64,000 nucleotides of DNA, taken from assembly GCA_040905715.1 (NCBI GenBank), contig JBBDRA010000002.1, forward strand, positions 101,968-165,967, read 5' to 3'. Below are positions 63,172-64,000 of this stretch, in pieces. Position 1 is the first letter of the stretch; every line of letters begins with the position of its first letter. The notes under the pieces were generated by a model. That model saw only the letters and a program-made list of their open reading frames with translations, was not told the DNA's origin and did no database searches. Source of the DNA: Minisyncoccota bacterium (GTDB lineage Bacteria > Patescibacteriota > Minisyncoccia > Phycocordibacterales > CSBR16-193). A program made the translations under genes and the position numbers.

Positions 63172-64000
63172 TCAGTCCGCAGGCTTGGCTTGCGGTGATT
63201 CTTTTCGCCTAATAGTCTCTAAGGAAGGAACATTTACATTTTTTGCTAAACGAAGGAAGGCAAAGAGCTGAATCAGGCGGTAGCTCGGATCGAACCCTTG
63301 CCCAAGTGAGTGCCATGCAGATTTAGGAAGTGCATGATGGTTATTATGCCACCCCTCACCTCCACCGAGTATACCGCAGATCCAGTTGTTCCTGCTTTGG
63401 TCTTGGGTATTAAAGCGTCGTGTGCCAAACACATGGCAAACAGAATTAATACTCCAGGTGACGTGATGGAGTGCACCAATGCGGATCAAGCTACCCCAAA
63501 GAAATGCTAGGAGAGCGCCAGATGCTGTTCCGGTGATGACAAAGCCAAGTACCGCCGGAAGAGCAAGTGAAAGAACTGTCCATAACAGGAATAAACGGCT
63601 AATCAAGACCAGGTCAGGGTCGCCTATGATGTGCTTGGCGTAACGATCCTTGTCAATCCGCTCTTCGGTGAGTAGAAATCCAAAGTGAGCGTGCCAAAAT
63701 CCGTGAACCGGTGAGTGTGGGTCACCTTCTTCATCGGCGAACCGGTGGTGCTTATTGTGTCTTGCGACCCAAGTAGCAACCGGCCCTTCAAGCGCCATTG
63801 ATCCGGCAATGGCAAGTATGATCTTCAACGGGCGAACTGCTTCAAATGAAGCGTGTGTAAAGAGTCGATGGTATCCGACCGTGACACCAAAACCGGTGAA
63901 GATATAGAAACCGGCAAACAAAGCTAGGCTTATCCAATCAACCCCCCAACCCCAGATCTGGATGATGCCAATAGGAAGCGCGATGATCGGTAGTATAACA
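63172..64000 (-). CDS. Membrane fatty-acid desaturase (N-terminus probably beyond the window end)
   Basis: His boxes HRLFTH, HNKHHRF and HNNHH. The frame stays open to the window edge. Confidence 0.7.
   Translation of the reverse strand, partial: VILPIIALPIGIIQIWGWGVDWISLALFAGFYIFTGFGVTVGYHRLFTHASFEAVRPLKIILAIAGSMALEGPVATWVARHNKHHRFADEEGDPHSPVHGFWHAHFGFLLTEERIDKDRYAKHIIGDPDLVLISRLFLLWTVLSLALPAVLGFVITGTASGALLAFLWGSLIRIGALHHVTWSINSVCHVFGTRRFNTQDQSRNNWICGILGGGEGWHNNHHALPKSAWHSLGQGFDPSYRLIQLFAFLRLAKNVNVPSLETIRRKESPQAKPAD

Noticed and set aside
1-64000. Integrase, transposase or relaxase genes that would explain the att-like duplications and the T4SS cluster
   Set aside because: None recognisable in any frame of this window. 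This absence is recorded rather than assumed, and regions beyond the window could not be examined.

Overview
This window reads as a compact chromosomal segment from a small-genome bacterium, probably a Patescibacteria/CPR-like lineage. That lineage call is inference from gene content and architecture only; no database search was run.

The segment covers the replication origin locus: jag-yidC-rnpA-rpmH on the minus strand, then a short AT-rich gap, then dnaA-dnaN.

A roughly 14 kb type IV secretion-like cluster lies upstream of the origin. It carries a VirB4 ATPase split into two ORFs, a VirB6/TrbL-like membrane protein, a PrgI/VirB3-like protein, a VirB2-like pilin and several secreted or membrane proteins. 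No relaxase or VirD4 coupling protein is visible in the window.

The rest is mostly housekeeping and pilus genes:
- uvrD fragment, ksgA, a class A PBP, tyrS, ruvC, yebC, ruvB, ruvA, tsaE, polA, holA, mutM, a Mur ligase, rpsT, ruvX, nrdB-nrdA, uppS, rluA-like, rplS, acyP, a PduO-type cobalamin adenosyltransferase, rpmJ and a fatty-acid desaturase.
- Type IV pilus genes are dispersed: pilB, a pilM-pilN-pilO operon, and a prepilin.

Six tRNAs are present: Lys-TTT, Arg-GCG, Ser-TGA, Arg-TCT, Val-TAC and Leu-GAG.

The most unusual content is at the tRNA loci. Five of the six tRNAs sit in intergenic regions crowded with repeats:
- partial copies of the tRNA 5-prime end upstream of the gene;
- att-like duplications of the 3-prime end downstream, bracketing 100-280 bp inserts;
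- a recurring structured element (GGGAAGGGGTCGGG plus hairpins with compensatory base changes) at three sites;
- a roughly 135 bp repeat shared by two tRNA loci;
- two tRNA-Arg paralogs with inverted homologous leaders bracketing a 4.4 kb segment.

Other candidates: a promoter-to-terminator ncRNA of about 300 nt between ruvB and pilB with RNase P P4-like motifs; a cobalamin-riboswitch-like leader upstream of an nrdB (ATP-cone fused) and nrdA operon; a Mu Gam-like protein; a LAGLIDADG plus two tandem HNH endonuclease genes around tRNA-Leu; a cluster of four NUDIX hydrolases with a deoxyribonucleotidase; and a short promoter-terminator sRNA candidate.

No CRISPR array, integrase or transposase was seen.
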